Shown here: one piece after another, positions 51,478-61,297 of the stretch
Numbering within the stretch: position 1 is the first letter of the stretch
Layout of the letters: each line of letters starts with the position of its first letter
Assembly: GCA_009835395.1 (NCBI GenBank)
Contig: VXXM01000006.1
Span: 27,632-91,631 of the forward strand
DNA: 64,000 bases
DNA from: Acidimicrobiia bacterium
GTDB lineage: Bacteria; Actinomycetota; Acidimicrobiia; Acidimicrobiales; CATQHL01
Direction: 5' to 3'
The notes under the pieces: model-generated
Databases searched by the model: none
Seen by the model: the letters and a program-made list of their open reading frames with translations, nothing else
Told to the model about the DNA's origin: nothing
Position numbers and translations under genes: made by a program

Positions 51478-52391
51478 AGCGAGATGACCTGGCCGCCCTC
51501 CTGGGTGGTCTGCCAGCGCAGGGACTTGCGCTCCACGAAGCCGATTCCCCCGTTCATGATGAGCGCGATCAGGGCCAGGATGAAAACGATGGCGAAGGTG
51601 TCGCCGTAGGAGAGCTGGTTGGCCGCGGTGATGAGCCGCTGACCGAGGCCCCGCTTGGCTGAGAAGATCTCGCCGAAGACGACAGCCAGCACCGAGATGA
51701 CCGCCGACAGCCGCAGCGCGCCGAACACCGCCGGGGTGATGCCGGGCAGCGTGACCTTCATGAAGCGCTGCCGCTGGGAGGCGCCCATGGTCCGGGACAC
51801 CAGGTCCAGGTCGGGATCCACCAGCGCCACAGCGGACTGGGTGGGCACCTCCACGATGAAGAACACGATCAGCACCGCCAGGACCACCTTGGACATCTCG
51901 CCGACCCCGTACACGATCAGGATCAGCGGCAGGAAGGCGATCTTGGGCATGGCGTTGACGATGACGACGAACGGCCCCAGCGTCCTCGCCGCCCTCTGGA
52001 AGCGTCCCAGGACGATGCCGACGATGAGTCCCAGGAGCGAGCCGAGCACGAAGCCGATCAGCGCCTCCTTCACCGTGACCCAGAGGTCCTGCCAGAAGAG
52101 CTGCTCGTGGTAGATCTCGGTGAAGTACACCCACGTCTCGTACGGGCTGGCCCGGAACGTCTCGGGCACGTTGGGGAACGGCTTCACGCCGAACACCGAG
52201 AACGAGTCCCAGCCGTTCCAGAGCACCTCGGACCACCACAGCCACCAGAGCAGGAACAGGATCCCGATCCGCAAGAACTGCACCGGCAGGTCGATGCGCC
52301 GCAGCCAATACCTCCAGGTGGGCTCGTGGGGGATCAGCGCCTCCACTTCCTCCTGGGTGAGGGCGTCGGCCAACCTCGTCCCCTCGGCCAT
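51474..52391 (-). CDS. NitT/TauT-family ABC transporter permease
   Basis: NAMPKIAFLPL, SRTMGAS, LPGITPAVFGALR, KRGLG; GGGAGG before ATG 52391. Confidence 0.9.
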   Translation of the reverse strand: MAEGTRLADALTQEEVEALIPHEPTWRYWLRRIDLPVQFLRIGILFLLWWLWWSEVLWNGWDSFSVFGVKPFPNVPETFRASPYETWVYFTEIYHEQLFWQDLWVTVKEALIGFVLGSLLGLIVGIVLGRFQRAARTLGPFVVIVNAMPKIAFLPLILIVYGVGEMSKVVLAVLIVFFIVEVPTQSAVALVDPDLDLVSRTMGASQRQRFMKVTLPGITPAVFGALRLSAVISVLAVVFGEIFSAKRGLGQRLITAANQLSYGDTFAIVFILALIALIMNGGIGFVERKSLRWQTTQEGGQVISL

Positions 52392-52416
52392 GTCGGCCTC
52401 CCGCGGCTCGTCGACG

Positions 52417-53193
52417 TCAGACGATCTCACCGCGCAACTCCTCCCAGATCTTGTGCTCGGTCTCCCGGAAGTCCGGGTCGAAGCGGAGCTCGTCGATCAC
52501 CCGCGGGCGGCGCAGATCCACGATGGTGTCGGACTTGATGCGCCCGGGGCGGGCCGTCATGACGATGACCCGGTCGGCCAGCAGCACCGCCTCCTCCAGG
52601 TCGTGGGTCACGAAGATCACCGTCTTGTGGGTCTCGTACCAGAGTTCCAGGAACTCGGCCTGAACGGTGAGGCGGGTCTGGGCGTCGAGGGCGCCGAAGG
52701 GCTCGTCCATGAGCCACAGGTCGGGGCTGATGGCCAGCGTGCGGGCGATGGCGACCCGCTGGCGCATGCCCTGGCTGAGCTGGGAGGGGTACGAATCGGC
52801 GAAGCCCTCGAGGCGCAGCTTGGCCAGCAGGTCCATGGCCTGCCGGCGCCGCTCCGCCTTGGGCACCTTGCGGAACTCCAGCCCCAACTCGACGTTCTTG
52901 CGAGCGGTGCGCCACGGGCTCAGGCCGGAGCGGGCGAGCATGTAGCCGATGTCCTGGCTGGGGCCGTCGACCTCCTGTCCGTGGCGCAGCACCGAGCCCC
53001 GGGTGGGGTTGAGGATCCCGGCCAGCATGTTCAGGATCGTCGTCTTGCCGCAGCCGCTGGGTCCCACGACGGCAACGAACTGGCCGGGCGGGATGGCGAC
53101 ATCGATGTCCTGGACGGCGAGCACCGGCTCATCGTCGGGGCGGTCGCCGCCGAAGATGAGCGTGACGTCCTTCAGTTCTACGGCCGGCTGCAC
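52417..53193 (-). CDS. NitT/TauT-family ABC transporter ATPase
   Basis: GPSGCGKTT, LSQGMRQR, MDEPFGALD, VTHDLEEA. Confidence 0.94.
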   Translation of the reverse strand: MQPAVELKDVTLIFGGDRPDDEPVLAVQDIDVAIPPGQFVAVVGPSGCGKTTILNMLAGILNPTRGSVLRHGQEVDGPSQDIGYMLARSGLSPWRTARKNVELGLEFRKVPKAERRRQAMDLLAKLRLEGFADSYPSQLSQGMRQRVAIARTLAISPDLWLMDEPFGALDAQTRLTVQAEFLELWYETHKTVIFVTHDLEEAVLLADRVIVMTARPGRIKSDTIVDLRRPRVIDELRFDPDFRETEHKIWEELRGEIV

Positions 53194-53219
53194 AGAACCC
53201 CTAGGTTGTCAGACTCGCG

Positions 53220-53253
53220 CCGGAGGGGCGACTCGGTTCAGCCGCCCCTCCGG
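53220..53253 (-). terminator. 11-bp intercistronic hairpin after the SBP gene
   Basis: ccggaggggcg-N12-cgcccctccgg. Confidence 0.6.
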
Positions 53254-53270
53254 GCAGAGTTCCAGGTTGG

Positions 53271-55448
53271 TTACGGGGTGACGGCGAAGTCGTCGAAGTC
53301 CTGAGCTTCTTCGAGAATGCCGCGTCCCACGGCGTAGTTCACGTTGTTGCCGAGCCGCCTGGGGTCGGGGCGCCCGTTGAGGCTGAAGCTGCCGATGTTG
53401 CTCGCCAGCACGACCTCGGCGACCGAGCGGTCCAGGCCCAGGAAGCTCTCCATGAGGTCCAGGACCTCGGGATGGTTGGCCGGGTTGCGCATCCAGTCCA
53501 TGGCGTCACGGACCGAGCGGGCGTAGATGGCCACCGTGTTGGGGTTGTTCTGGAAGAACTCCCGGCTGGTGGTGTTCACCGCTGAGGGCCAGTCCAACTC
53601 GGTGGGGCCTTGGCCGGTGCGCAATGTGAACGGCGAGTAGCCGATCCCGTCGATGACCGCCTGGCTGAGGCCGGGCTCGAAGGTGATGGCCCAGTCCACC
53701 TCGCCCGAGGACAGTGCGGCCAGCGTGGTGCCGGCCAGTCCGGTGGCGATGTAGGTGGCGCCGTCGGGATCGAATCCGGCGGAGTCGTACAGCTGGCGGG
53801 CGATCTGCTCGGCGGCGGCGCCGCGCGCCACCACGCCCACACTCGTGCCCTCGAGGGCGGCCATGGTGCACTGCCAGTCGCCCAGCTCGCAGTCGATGGG
53901 ACCGAAGTTCTCGCTGATGATGATGTCGAAGAAGTGCGTGTCCTGGATCTGCTGGAACAGCACCACGTCGAAGCCGGCGTTGCGGATGCCCAACATGTTG
54001 TCGGGCGTGTTGATCGAGAAGTTCACCTCGCCGGCGATCAGCGCCGCCGCGTTTGCCGGGCCCGAGTGGCACTGCACGAACTCGCCGTCCACGCCGCGGT
54101 CGCCCAGGAAGCCCTTCTCCACCGCCACGTGCACGGTCAGGCCGTTGAACGAGGGTGCCTGGCAGATCAGGACGTGATCGGTCTCCGCCACCAGTTCCTC
54201 GGGCAGGATGGCGTCGATATCCGGGCCGACGGCGAACTCCCCGAACTGCTGGGCCTCGGCGAGGATGCCCCGACCGACCGCGTAGTTGACGTTGTTGCCG
54301 ATCCGGACCGGGTCGAGGACGCCGGTGACGGTGTAGCTGCCGATGTTGTTGTCCACTATGTGCGCAGCCATGTCGAGTTCGAGGCCGAGGAAGTCGACCA
54401 CGCCCGCCAGCAGCTCGTCACGGTTGGCCGGGTCGCGCATCCACTCGACGGCTTCCACCATTGCCTCGCGGTAGTGCAGGACGGTGTTGGGGTTGCTGTC
54501 CCAGAAGTCCCGGGCGGTCAGCAGGATCGCCGACGGCCAGTCCAACTCGGCCGGGCCGTGTCCCGCCTGGAGCCGGAACGGCCGGTAGCCGATGCCGTCG
54601 AGTTCGGCCCGGGTCAGGCCCGGCTCGAACGTGATGGTCCAGTCGATCTCGTCGGAAGCCAGCGCGGCCAGTGTCGTTCCCGACAGCCCGGTGGCGATGT
54701 ACGTGGAGTCGTCGGGATCGAACCCGGCCGAGTCGAGCAGCTGCCGGGCGATCTGCTCGGCGGCGGCGCCGCGGGCCACCACGCCGACCCGGGTGCCCTC
54801 GAGTGCGGCCATCGCGCACTCCCAGTCGCCCTCGGCGCAGTCGATCTGCCCGAAGTTGTTCGACACCACGATGTCGAAGAAGTGGGTGTCGACGATCTGG
54901 GCGAACATGACCACGTCGAAATCGGCGTTGCGGATACCCAGCATGTTGTCGGGGGTGTTCAGTGCGATGTCGACCTGTCTCGAGACCAACGCCGCGGCCT
55001 GCGCCGGGCCCGACAAGCACGCCACGAACTCGATCTCGGTCCCCCGATCGGAGAGGAATCCCTGCGAGACCATGACCTCCGCATACATCTGGGTGAACGA
55101 CGGCGCTGCACACACCCGGATCAGGTCCACCTCCGGTGGGCCGATCACCATCGGCTCGGCGGCGTCGGCCGCGGTGGCCGGCTCGGCGTCGTCATCCGCC
55201 GGCGCTGCGTCGTCTGCAGCCGGGGGCGGAGCCGGAGCCGCATCGTCGTCCGGGGCCGGAGCGGGTGCCGGGGCCGCATCGTCCATGTCCTCGGCGTCGT
55301 CCATCTCCTCGGCCTCGCCGGCAGGCGCAGCCGGCGCGGCACCGGGATCAGGTGCCGAGGGTTCGTCGTCGCCTGCGCACGCCGTGGCCAGCAGCGAAAA
55401 CGCCAGCAGAATCCCGAGAAGTGCGAAGAACCGTGATCGTGTCCTCAT
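53271..55448 (-). CDS. ABC substrate-binding lipoprotein with two tandem NMT1/SsuA-like domains
   Basis: Lipobox LATAC (Cys24), Pro/Ala/Asp linker, two homologous ~300-aa domains (NTPDNMLGIRNA, GVVARGAAAEQIARQL, GNNVNYAVGRGIL in both). Confidence 0.85.
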   Translation of the reverse strand: MRTRSRFFALLGILLAFSLLATACAGDDEPSAPDPGAAPAAPAGEAEEMDDAEDMDDAAPAPAPAPDDDAAPAPPPAADDAAPADDDAEPATAADAAEPMVIGPPEVDLIRVCAAPSFTQMYAEVMVSQGFLSDRGTEIEFVACLSGPAQAAALVSRQVDIALNTPDNMLGIRNADFDVVMFAQIVDTHFFDIVVSNNFGQIDCAEGDWECAMAALEGTRVGVVARGAAAEQIARQLLDSAGFDPDDSTYIATGLSGTTLAALASDEIDWTITFEPGLTRAELDGIGYRPFRLQAGHGPAELDWPSAILLTARDFWDSNPNTVLHYREAMVEAVEWMRDPANRDELLAGVVDFLGLELDMAAHIVDNNIGSYTVTGVLDPVRIGNNVNYAVGRGILAEAQQFGEFAVGPDIDAILPEELVAETDHVLICQAPSFNGLTVHVAVEKGFLGDRGVDGEFVQCHSGPANAAALIAGEVNFSINTPDNMLGIRNAGFDVVLFQQIQDTHFFDIIISENFGPIDCELGDWQCTMAALEGTSVGVVARGAAAEQIARQLYDSAGFDPDGATYIATGLAGTTLAALSSGEVDWAITFEPGLSQAVIDGIGYSPFTLRTGQGPTELDWPSAVNTTSREFFQNNPNTVAIYARSVRDAMDWMRNPANHPEVLDLMESFLGLDRSVAEVVLASNIGSFSLNGRPDPRRLGNNVNYAVGRGILEEAQDFDDFAVTP

Positions 55449-55550
55449 GTGAGTCCCCTCAACCTCGTTGCCAAGCTCCCTAGCAGGGCAATCAGTTCGC
55501 AGAGAAACTACCAAATGTTTGATTCCTGTGCACGTCGGGGTGGCTTCCGT

Positions 55551-56324
55551 TCAGCCGGCTGCCCACCCGCCATCCACGGTGTGCCAGCCGCCGTTGATGT
55601 ACGAGGCGTCGTCCGACGCCAGAAAGGTCACCAGGGCGACGACCTCCTCGGGTCTGCCCCGGCGACCCATGGGGTTCCGCTCGTCGCTCCGCCTCAGGAA
55701 CAGGTCCGGATCCTCGGGGAACTTGCCGGCCGCGATCGCCTCCAGCATGCGGGTGTCGACGGGCCCGGGGCAGACGGCGTTCACCCGGATCCCGGCCGGC
55801 GCCAGCTCGATGGCCGCGGTCTCGGTCATGCCGATCACGGCGTGCTTGCTGGCGCCGTAGGCGATCAACTCCGGCGTGCCGCGCAACCCGGCGCCCGACG
55901 AAGCGTTGACGATGGCGCCGCCGCCACGGGCCCGCATGGCGGCGGCCACGTGGCGCATGCCGAGCCAGACGCCCTTCACGTTCACGGCCATGACGGTGTC
56001 GAACGTCTCTTCGGGGTAGTCCTCCAGCGGCGAGACGACCCCTTCGACGCCGGCGTTGTTGAACAGCACGTCCACGCCGCCGAAGCGGTCCACGGCCGCC
56101 TGCACGTAGGCCTCCACGTCGCCCGACTGCGTCACGTCGGCCCGAACCGCATGGGCCGTCCCGCCGGCCGCCTCGACCGCGGCGACGGTCCCGGCCAGCC
56201 CGTCGGTGTCCAGGTCGACCGCCACGACGGCCGCACCCTCGGCGGCGAAGCGCAGCGCCGCAGCCCGCCCGATGCCCCCGGCCGCGCCGGTCACGATCAC
56301 GACCTTGCCCTCGAATCGGTTCAT
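55551..56324 (-). CDS. Short-chain dehydrogenase/reductase (classical NAD-type)
   Basis: TGAAGGIG, NNAG, YGASK, IRVNAVCPG. Confidence 0.93.
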   Translation of the reverse strand: MNRFEGKVVIVTGAAGGIGRAAALRFAAEGAAVVAVDLDTDGLAGTVAAVEAAGGTAHAVRADVTQSGDVEAYVQAAVDRFGGVDVLFNNAGVEGVVSPLEDYPEETFDTVMAVNVKGVWLGMRHVAAAMRARGGGAIVNASSGAGLRGTPELIAYGASKHAVIGMTETAAIELAPAGIRVNAVCPGPVDTRMLEAIAAGKFPEDPDLFLRRSDERNPMGRRGRPEEVVALVTFLASDDASYINGGWHTVDGGWAAG

Positions 56325-56423
56325 GGCTTCCCTCCGTGAGACCGCAGTGAATGTATGACAATGTGGCGCCGCTGCGCTCGCCGGCACAGGCGGCATCGAT
56401 TCACAGATCGGTCAGGGAGAGAC

Positions 56424-58751
56424 ATGTCCAGCGACCTGCAACGCCAGCACTATCCCGGATTCGAGGGACGGATCGGCCGGGTGTTCTCCACCTCGGAGCC
56501 GTGGTGGCCGCAGAAGCCGGCCGCGCCCGCCGGTGCGCCGAACGTCGTGATTGTGCTGGCCGACGACCTGGGCTATTCCGACGTGGGGTGCTACGGCTCG
56601 GAGATTCCCACGCCGGCGATCGACACCCTGGCCGCGGCGGGGCTCCGCTACTCGAACTTCCACGTGACCCCCATGTGCTCGCCGACGCGGGCGGCGCTGT
56701 TGACGGGGCTGAACCCGCATCTGGCCGGTATGGGCTTCGTGGCCAATGCCGATCCGGGGTTCCCCGGCTATGCCGGCGAGTTGCCTCGAAACCAGCCCTC
56801 GCTGGCGGAGATGATGCGCGCCAACGGCTACGCCACGCTGGCGGTGGGGAAGTGGCACCTGTGCACTCCCGCCGACCTGTCCGACGCCGGCGACAGGAAC
56901 TCGTGGCCGCTGCAGCGGGGGTTCGACCAGTACTACGGGTTCCTGGAGGCGCTCACGAACTTCCACCACCCGCACCGGCTGTACGAGGGCAACAGCGCCG
57001 TGCAGACCGACGAGTATCCCGAGGGGTACTACCTGACCGACGATCTGACCGACCGGGCGGTGCGCATGATCCGCGAGGTGCGCCTCAGCGACCCGGACAA
57101 GCCGTTCTTCCTGTACTACGCGCACGGGGCGGTGCATGCCCCGCTGCACGCCCCCGCGGCCGACATCGCCCGCCATCGGGGCCGCTACGACGGCGGCTGG
57201 GACCGGCTGCGCGAGGAGCGGCTGGCCCGGCAGATCGAGTTGGGGATCGTGCCCCCCGGCACGGTGCTGCCGCCGCGCAACACAGAGCCGGGCGAGGACG
57301 TCAGGGAGTGGGACTTGCTGTCGGCGAACCAGCGCAAGGTCATGGCGCGCTACATGGAGGTGTACGCGGCCATGATCGAGTCGGTCGATCGCAGCGTGGC
57401 CGCCATCCGCAACACCCTCGAGGACCTCGGCGAGTTGGACAACACGATCTTCGTGTTCACCAGCGACAACGGGGCGTCGCGGGAGGGCGGTGAGTGGGGG
57501 ACCCCCTCTTACTTCCAGGCCGTCGGCGAGATCTCGGGCACTCCCGGCGGGCACGGCGAGCCGATCGGCCACGACGTCGTCGCCAACATCGACGCCATCG
57601 GCGGGCCGACCACCTGGCCGCACTACCCGCGCGGTTGGGCCATGGCCTGCAACACGCCATTCCGCCTCTACAAGCTCATGACCTACCGGGGCGGGCATTC
57701 GGTGCCGTTCGTGCTGTCGTGGCCGGCGGGGTCGGTCGGGCAGCCGAGAGTGATCCGTGACCAGTACGCCAACATCACCGATGTTCTGCCCACGCTGGCG
57801 GACCTGCTGGGGCTCGAGGTGCCCAGCCGACGTGAGGGTCTCGAGGCGGAGCCGCTCTCGGGGGTGTCGTTCGCGGCGTCGCTGGCCGACCCTGCCGCGC
57901 CGTCGCTGCGCGACGAGCAGTACTACGAGTGCGTCGGCCACCGGGCCTTCTACCGGGACGGCTGGGCGGCGGTGACCTTCCACCGGAACCGCACCCCGTT
58001 CAGCGAGGACCAGTGGGAGCTGTTCAACCTGCCCACCGACCTCAACGAGTTGCGCGATGTCGCCGCCGAGTATCCCGAGAAGCTGGCGGAGATGCTGCAG
58101 GGTTGGGAGGACGCGGCCTGGCGGAACCGGGTGTTCCCGCTCGACGAGGGGGTGGGGCTGAAGACGGCGATGCGGCCGCCCGGCGACGAACGGTTCGCCC
58201 GAGCGGTGCGGCTCACACCGGGTGCGCCGAGTCTGGAGCGAGTGCGCTCGCAGCGGCTGATCGGAGGCCGGTCGTTCCGCATCGACATCCGTCTCGACCA
58301 TCGCCCCGGCGACGAGGGAGTGCTGGTCGCCCACGGCGGCCAGGAAGCCGGCTACGTGCTCTACGTCGAGGATGACCGGCTCTGCTTCGAGTTGAACGAG
58401 GCCGGCCGGCCGAACCCGCTGGCGCCGGCGCCCCTCGGTTCATGCTCGGGGATCGTCATCGACGTGCGGGCCCCCGGCGGCCACCGCTGGGACCTCGACG
58501 TGATCGTCGACGGCCGGACCGCCATCGCCGGCCAGGGCCTGGTGCAGATCTCGGAGTTCCTGCCCTTCGAGGGCATCGACGTCGGCATCGACCGCCGCTC
58601 ACCGGTGTCGTGGCAGCTCTACCAACGCCGTGGCAGCTTCCCCTACACCGGCCAACTCCACGAGGTCACCTACACCCCCGGCGACTACGCCCCCGACGCC
58701 CTCGCCGTCCGCCTAGACGAGGTCCGCCGAATCGGCCTCGCCCTGGAGTGA
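56424..58751 (+). CDS. Arylsulfatase (Cys-type, formylglycine-dependent)
   Basis: LADDLGYSD, CSPTRAALLTG, GKWHL, FTSDNG. Confidence 0.93.
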   Translation: MSSDLQRQHYPGFEGRIGRVFSTSEPWWPQKPAAPAGAPNVVIVLADDLGYSDVGCYGSEIPTPAIDTLAAAGLRYSNFHVTPMCSPTRAALLTGLNPHLAGMGFVANADPGFPGYAGELPRNQPSLAEMMRANGYATLAVGKWHLCTPADLSDAGDRNSWPLQRGFDQYYGFLEALTNFHHPHRLYEGNSAVQTDEYPEGYYLTDDLTDRAVRMIREVRLSDPDKPFFLYYAHGAVHAPLHAPAADIARHRGRYDGGWDRLREERLARQIELGIVPPGTVLPPRNTEPGEDVREWDLLSANQRKVMARYMEVYAAMIESVDRSVAAIRNTLEDLGELDNTIFVFTSDNGASREGGEWGTPSYFQAVGEISGTPGGHGEPIGHDVVANIDAIGGPTTWPHYPRGWAMACNTPFRLYKLMTYRGGHSVPFVLSWPAGSVGQPRVIRDQYANITDVLPTLADLLGLEVPSRREGLEAEPLSGVSFAASLADPAAPSLRDEQYYECVGHRAFYRDGWAAVTFHRNRTPFSEDQWELFNLPTDLNELRDVAAEYPEKLAEMLQGWEDAAWRNRVFPLDEGVGLKTAMRPPGDERFARAVRLTPGAPSLERVRSQRLIGGRSFRIDIRLDHRPGDEGVLVAHGGQEAGYVLYVEDDRLCFELNEAGRPNPLAPAPLGSCSGIVIDVRAPGGHRWDLDVIVDGRTAIAGQGLVQISEFLPFEGIDVGIDRRSPVSWQLYQRRGSFPYTGQLHEVTYTPGDYAPDALAVRLDEVRRIGLALE

Positions 58752-58775
58752 CCGCCGGGGTCCCGGGTTGATCGA

Positions 58776-59099
58776 TCAATACGTGATGTCGAGGGCGAAG
58801 CGGAGTGCGCGGTCCAGGTCGGCTCGGACGATCTCGTTGAGACGGCCGACCGGTTGCGGGTCGAGTTCGGTGAGGGGGACGGTGAGGATGTTGTCGCAGT
58901 TGATGACGCAGGGCTCTGAGAGGCCCGCGTCTGGGCCGATCTCCACCTCCGAGCGAATGCCACGGATCGTGCGGGTGATCGGCGCGCAGGTGACTGTCGT
59001 TAGGACCGACGCGGCGGCATCTCTCGTGAGGACGCAGACGGGGCGCCGACCGGCAGGAGGGCCGAGGTCGGCCCAGTAGATCTCGTTGCGGGCTACCAC
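58776..59099 (-). CDS. PemK/MazF-family endoribonuclease toxin
   Basis: EIYWADLG..AGRRPVCVL, APIT, INCDNILTV; overlaps antitoxin stop. Confidence 0.88.
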   Translation of the reverse strand: MVARNEIYWADLGPPAGRRPVCVLTRDAAASVLTTVTCAPITRTIRGIRSEVEIGPDAGLSEPCVINCDNILTVPLTELDPQPVGRLNEIVRADLDRALRFALDITY

Positions 59100-59338
59100 T
59101 CGGGCACTGTGCGAGCCGCCAGGCGAGCCGCCGATCGTGCGAGCGCTGGATCCGGAGGTTGCCGGCGGTAGGCAGCGATCAACTCGGCGTCGGCAGTGGC
59201 CGCCTCGTCGGCTTCGATCACCGCTCGAGCTCCGCGGCGGAGGAGTTCGGATCTGCTGGTGCTGCGCGCCGCGGCGATGCGGTCCAACTCTGTGACGAGA
59301 TCGTCATCGAGCTGGACTAGCACCTCACGTCTGGCCAT
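59093..59338 (-). CDS. CopG/RHH-type antitoxin
   Basis: VLVQLDDDLVTELD...SRSELLR ribbon-helix-helix; directly upstream of toxin. Confidence 0.85.
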   Translation of the reverse strand: MARREVLVQLDDDLVTELDRIAAARSTSRSELLRRGARAVIEADEAATADAELIAAYRRQPPDPALARSAARLAARTVPEW

Positions 59339-59359
59339 GACCATATGTTAGACCATATG
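59339..59359 (-). promoter_or_regulatory. TA promoter/operator: two GACCATATG repeats flanking -10 TAACAT
   Basis: gaccatatg at 59339-47 and 59351-59; minus-strand TAACAT 6 nt before ATG. Confidence 0.65.
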
Positions 59360-59569
59360 GTATTCGCCGTCAGATTCCACAACGGTCCTCCCCGGTGGGG
59401 TGCAGTGTTGCCATGTGCACGAGGCTTGGGGTTCGAGCCGGTGCAGTGGGGCGAAGTCCTTGACATTCTCGGTGACCACCGCCCGCTCGTCGGCCGTCGC
59501 GGCCCGCAGCGGCTCGAGAATCAACCGGGCCTGCGTTACCTCGCGGAACGTCATGCCCGAGGCGTGCAC
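59348..59569 (-). pseudogene. Probable chimeric remnant: FadR/FCD-like fragment joined to DUF5615 PIN-like fragment
   Basis: SGMTFREVTQARLILEP followed by LRAATADERAVVTENVKDFAPL. Confidence 0.4.
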
Positions 59570-59624
59570 GATGCACCGCGCTCGGCCGATCCGTCAGAAT
59601 CATCCCGCTAGATTCTCGGCGGCC

Positions 59625-61274
59625 ATGGTTGCAGAGACCTACGAGACCACCGGCGCCGGGGCGCAGCCCGAGGGCGACTTTGACGCGGTCGTCATCGGCG
59701 CGGGAGCGGCCGGGCTCTACGCGCTGCACCGGCTGCGGGGACTCGGACTCTCGGTGCGGGTGTTCGAGCAGGGCGACGGCGTGGGGGGGACGTGGTACTG
59801 GAACCGCTATCCCGGCGCCCGCTGCGACGTGGAGAGTTGGGACTACTGCTACTCGTTCTCCGAGGAACTCGAGCAGGAGTGGGACTGGACCGAGCGGTTC
59901 CCCAGCCAACCGGAGCTGGAGCGCTACTTCAATCACGTCGCCGACCGCTTCGACCTGCGCCGCGACATCCAATTCGACACGCGGGTGGAGCGGGCCGGCT
60001 TCGACGAGGGCCGCAACCGCTGGATCATCGACACGTCGGGCGGGGCCACGGTCTCGGCCCGGTTCCTGGTGTCGGCGGCGGGCTGCCTCTCGGAGGTGAA
60101 CAAGCCGGTGATCCCGGGTGCGGAGACGTTCGCGGGGGTGCAACTCCACACCGCCCGCTGGCCCGACGAGGGCGTCGACGTGGCCGGCAAGCGGGTCGGC
60201 GTGATCGGCACCGGGTCCAGCGGCGTGCAGGTGATTCCCCAGGTCGCCAGGACGGCCGACCACGTCTACGTCTTCCAACGCACCGCGCAGTACACCGTGC
60301 CGGCACGGAACCGCCTGCTCGACGACGAGGCCCGCCAGGAACTCCGCGACAGCTTCGCCGAGCGGCAGAAGTTCAAGCGCACCACTCCCGCCGGGCTGTC
60401 CCGCCCCGTCGTCCCGGCGTCGTCGGACCTGGACGCAGCCGCGCGTGCCGAGATTCTCGAGGCCTCCTGGCAGCGGGGAGGGCCGGGCTTCGCGATGACC
60501 ATCGACGACATCCTGACCAACCCGGAATCGAACGAGCGAGCCGCCCGGTTCGTGCGCGACAAGGTCCGGGCCAAGGTCGACGACCAGGCGGTGGCCGAGA
60601 AGCTCGTGGACATCGACTTCCCGATCGGGGCCCGGCGCCTGATCGTCGACATCGACTACTTCGAGACCTACAACCGCGACAACGTCACGCTGGTGGACGT
60701 GAAGGCGGCGCCGATCACCGAGATCACGTCCGGGGGGCTGCGGACGTTAGACGCCCACTACGACCTTGACGTGCTGGTCTACGCCACCGGCTTCGACGGG
60801 ATGACCGGTGCGCTGCTGTCGATGGACATCCGCGGCGTCGGCGGGCTAGCGCTGCGGGACAAGTGGGCCGACGGGGCGGGCACCTACATCGGCCTGGTCG
60901 CATCGGGATTCCCGAACCTGTTCATGATCACCGGGCCGGGCAGCCCGGCGGTGTTCAGCAACGTCATGCTGTCGATCGAGCAGCACGTGGACTGGATCGC
61001 CGACTGCCTCGCCCACATGGTCGAGGGCGGCTTCGAGCGCATCGACGCCGACCCGGAGGCCGAGGCCCGCTGGACCCGGCTGGTGGAGGATCTCGTCGCC
61101 CGCAGCATCGTCGGCAAGACGAACTCGTGGTGGACCGGGGCGAACATCCCGGGCAAGCCCCGCGGCATCACGATGTACCTGGGCGGAACCCACAACTACC
61201 GGGCCGCCTGCGACGAGGTCGCCGCCAACGGTTACGAGGGATTCACCCTCACCCGGCCGGCCGATCCGGCCTAG
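59625..61274 (+). CDS. Type I Baeyer-Villiger monooxygenase
   Basis: GAGAAG, GGTWYWNRYPGARCD, fingerprint FAGVQLHTARWP, GTGSSG, ATGFD. Confidence 0.93.
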   Translation: MVAETYETTGAGAQPEGDFDAVVIGAGAAGLYALHRLRGLGLSVRVFEQGDGVGGTWYWNRYPGARCDVESWDYCYSFSEELEQEWDWTERFPSQPELERYFNHVADRFDLRRDIQFDTRVERAGFDEGRNRWIIDTSGGATVSARFLVSAAGCLSEVNKPVIPGAETFAGVQLHTARWPDEGVDVAGKRVGVIGTGSSGVQVIPQVARTADHVYVFQRTAQYTVPARNRLLDDEARQELRDSFAERQKFKRTTPAGLSRPVVPASSDLDAAARAEILEASWQRGGPGFAMTIDDILTNPESNERAARFVRDKVRAKVDDQAVAEKLVDIDFPIGARRLIVDIDYFETYNRDNVTLVDVKAAPITEITSGGLRTLDAHYDLDVLVYATGFDGMTGALLSMDIRGVGGLALRDKWADGAGTYIGLVASGFPNLFMITGPGSPAVFSNVMLSIEQHVDWIADCLAHMVEGGFERIDADPEAEARWTRLVEDLVARSIVGKTNSWWTGANIPGKPRGITMYLGGTHNYRAACDEVAANGYEGFTLTRPADPA

Positions 61275-61297
61275 TAGGGGCTCGGCGGGGACGCTTC

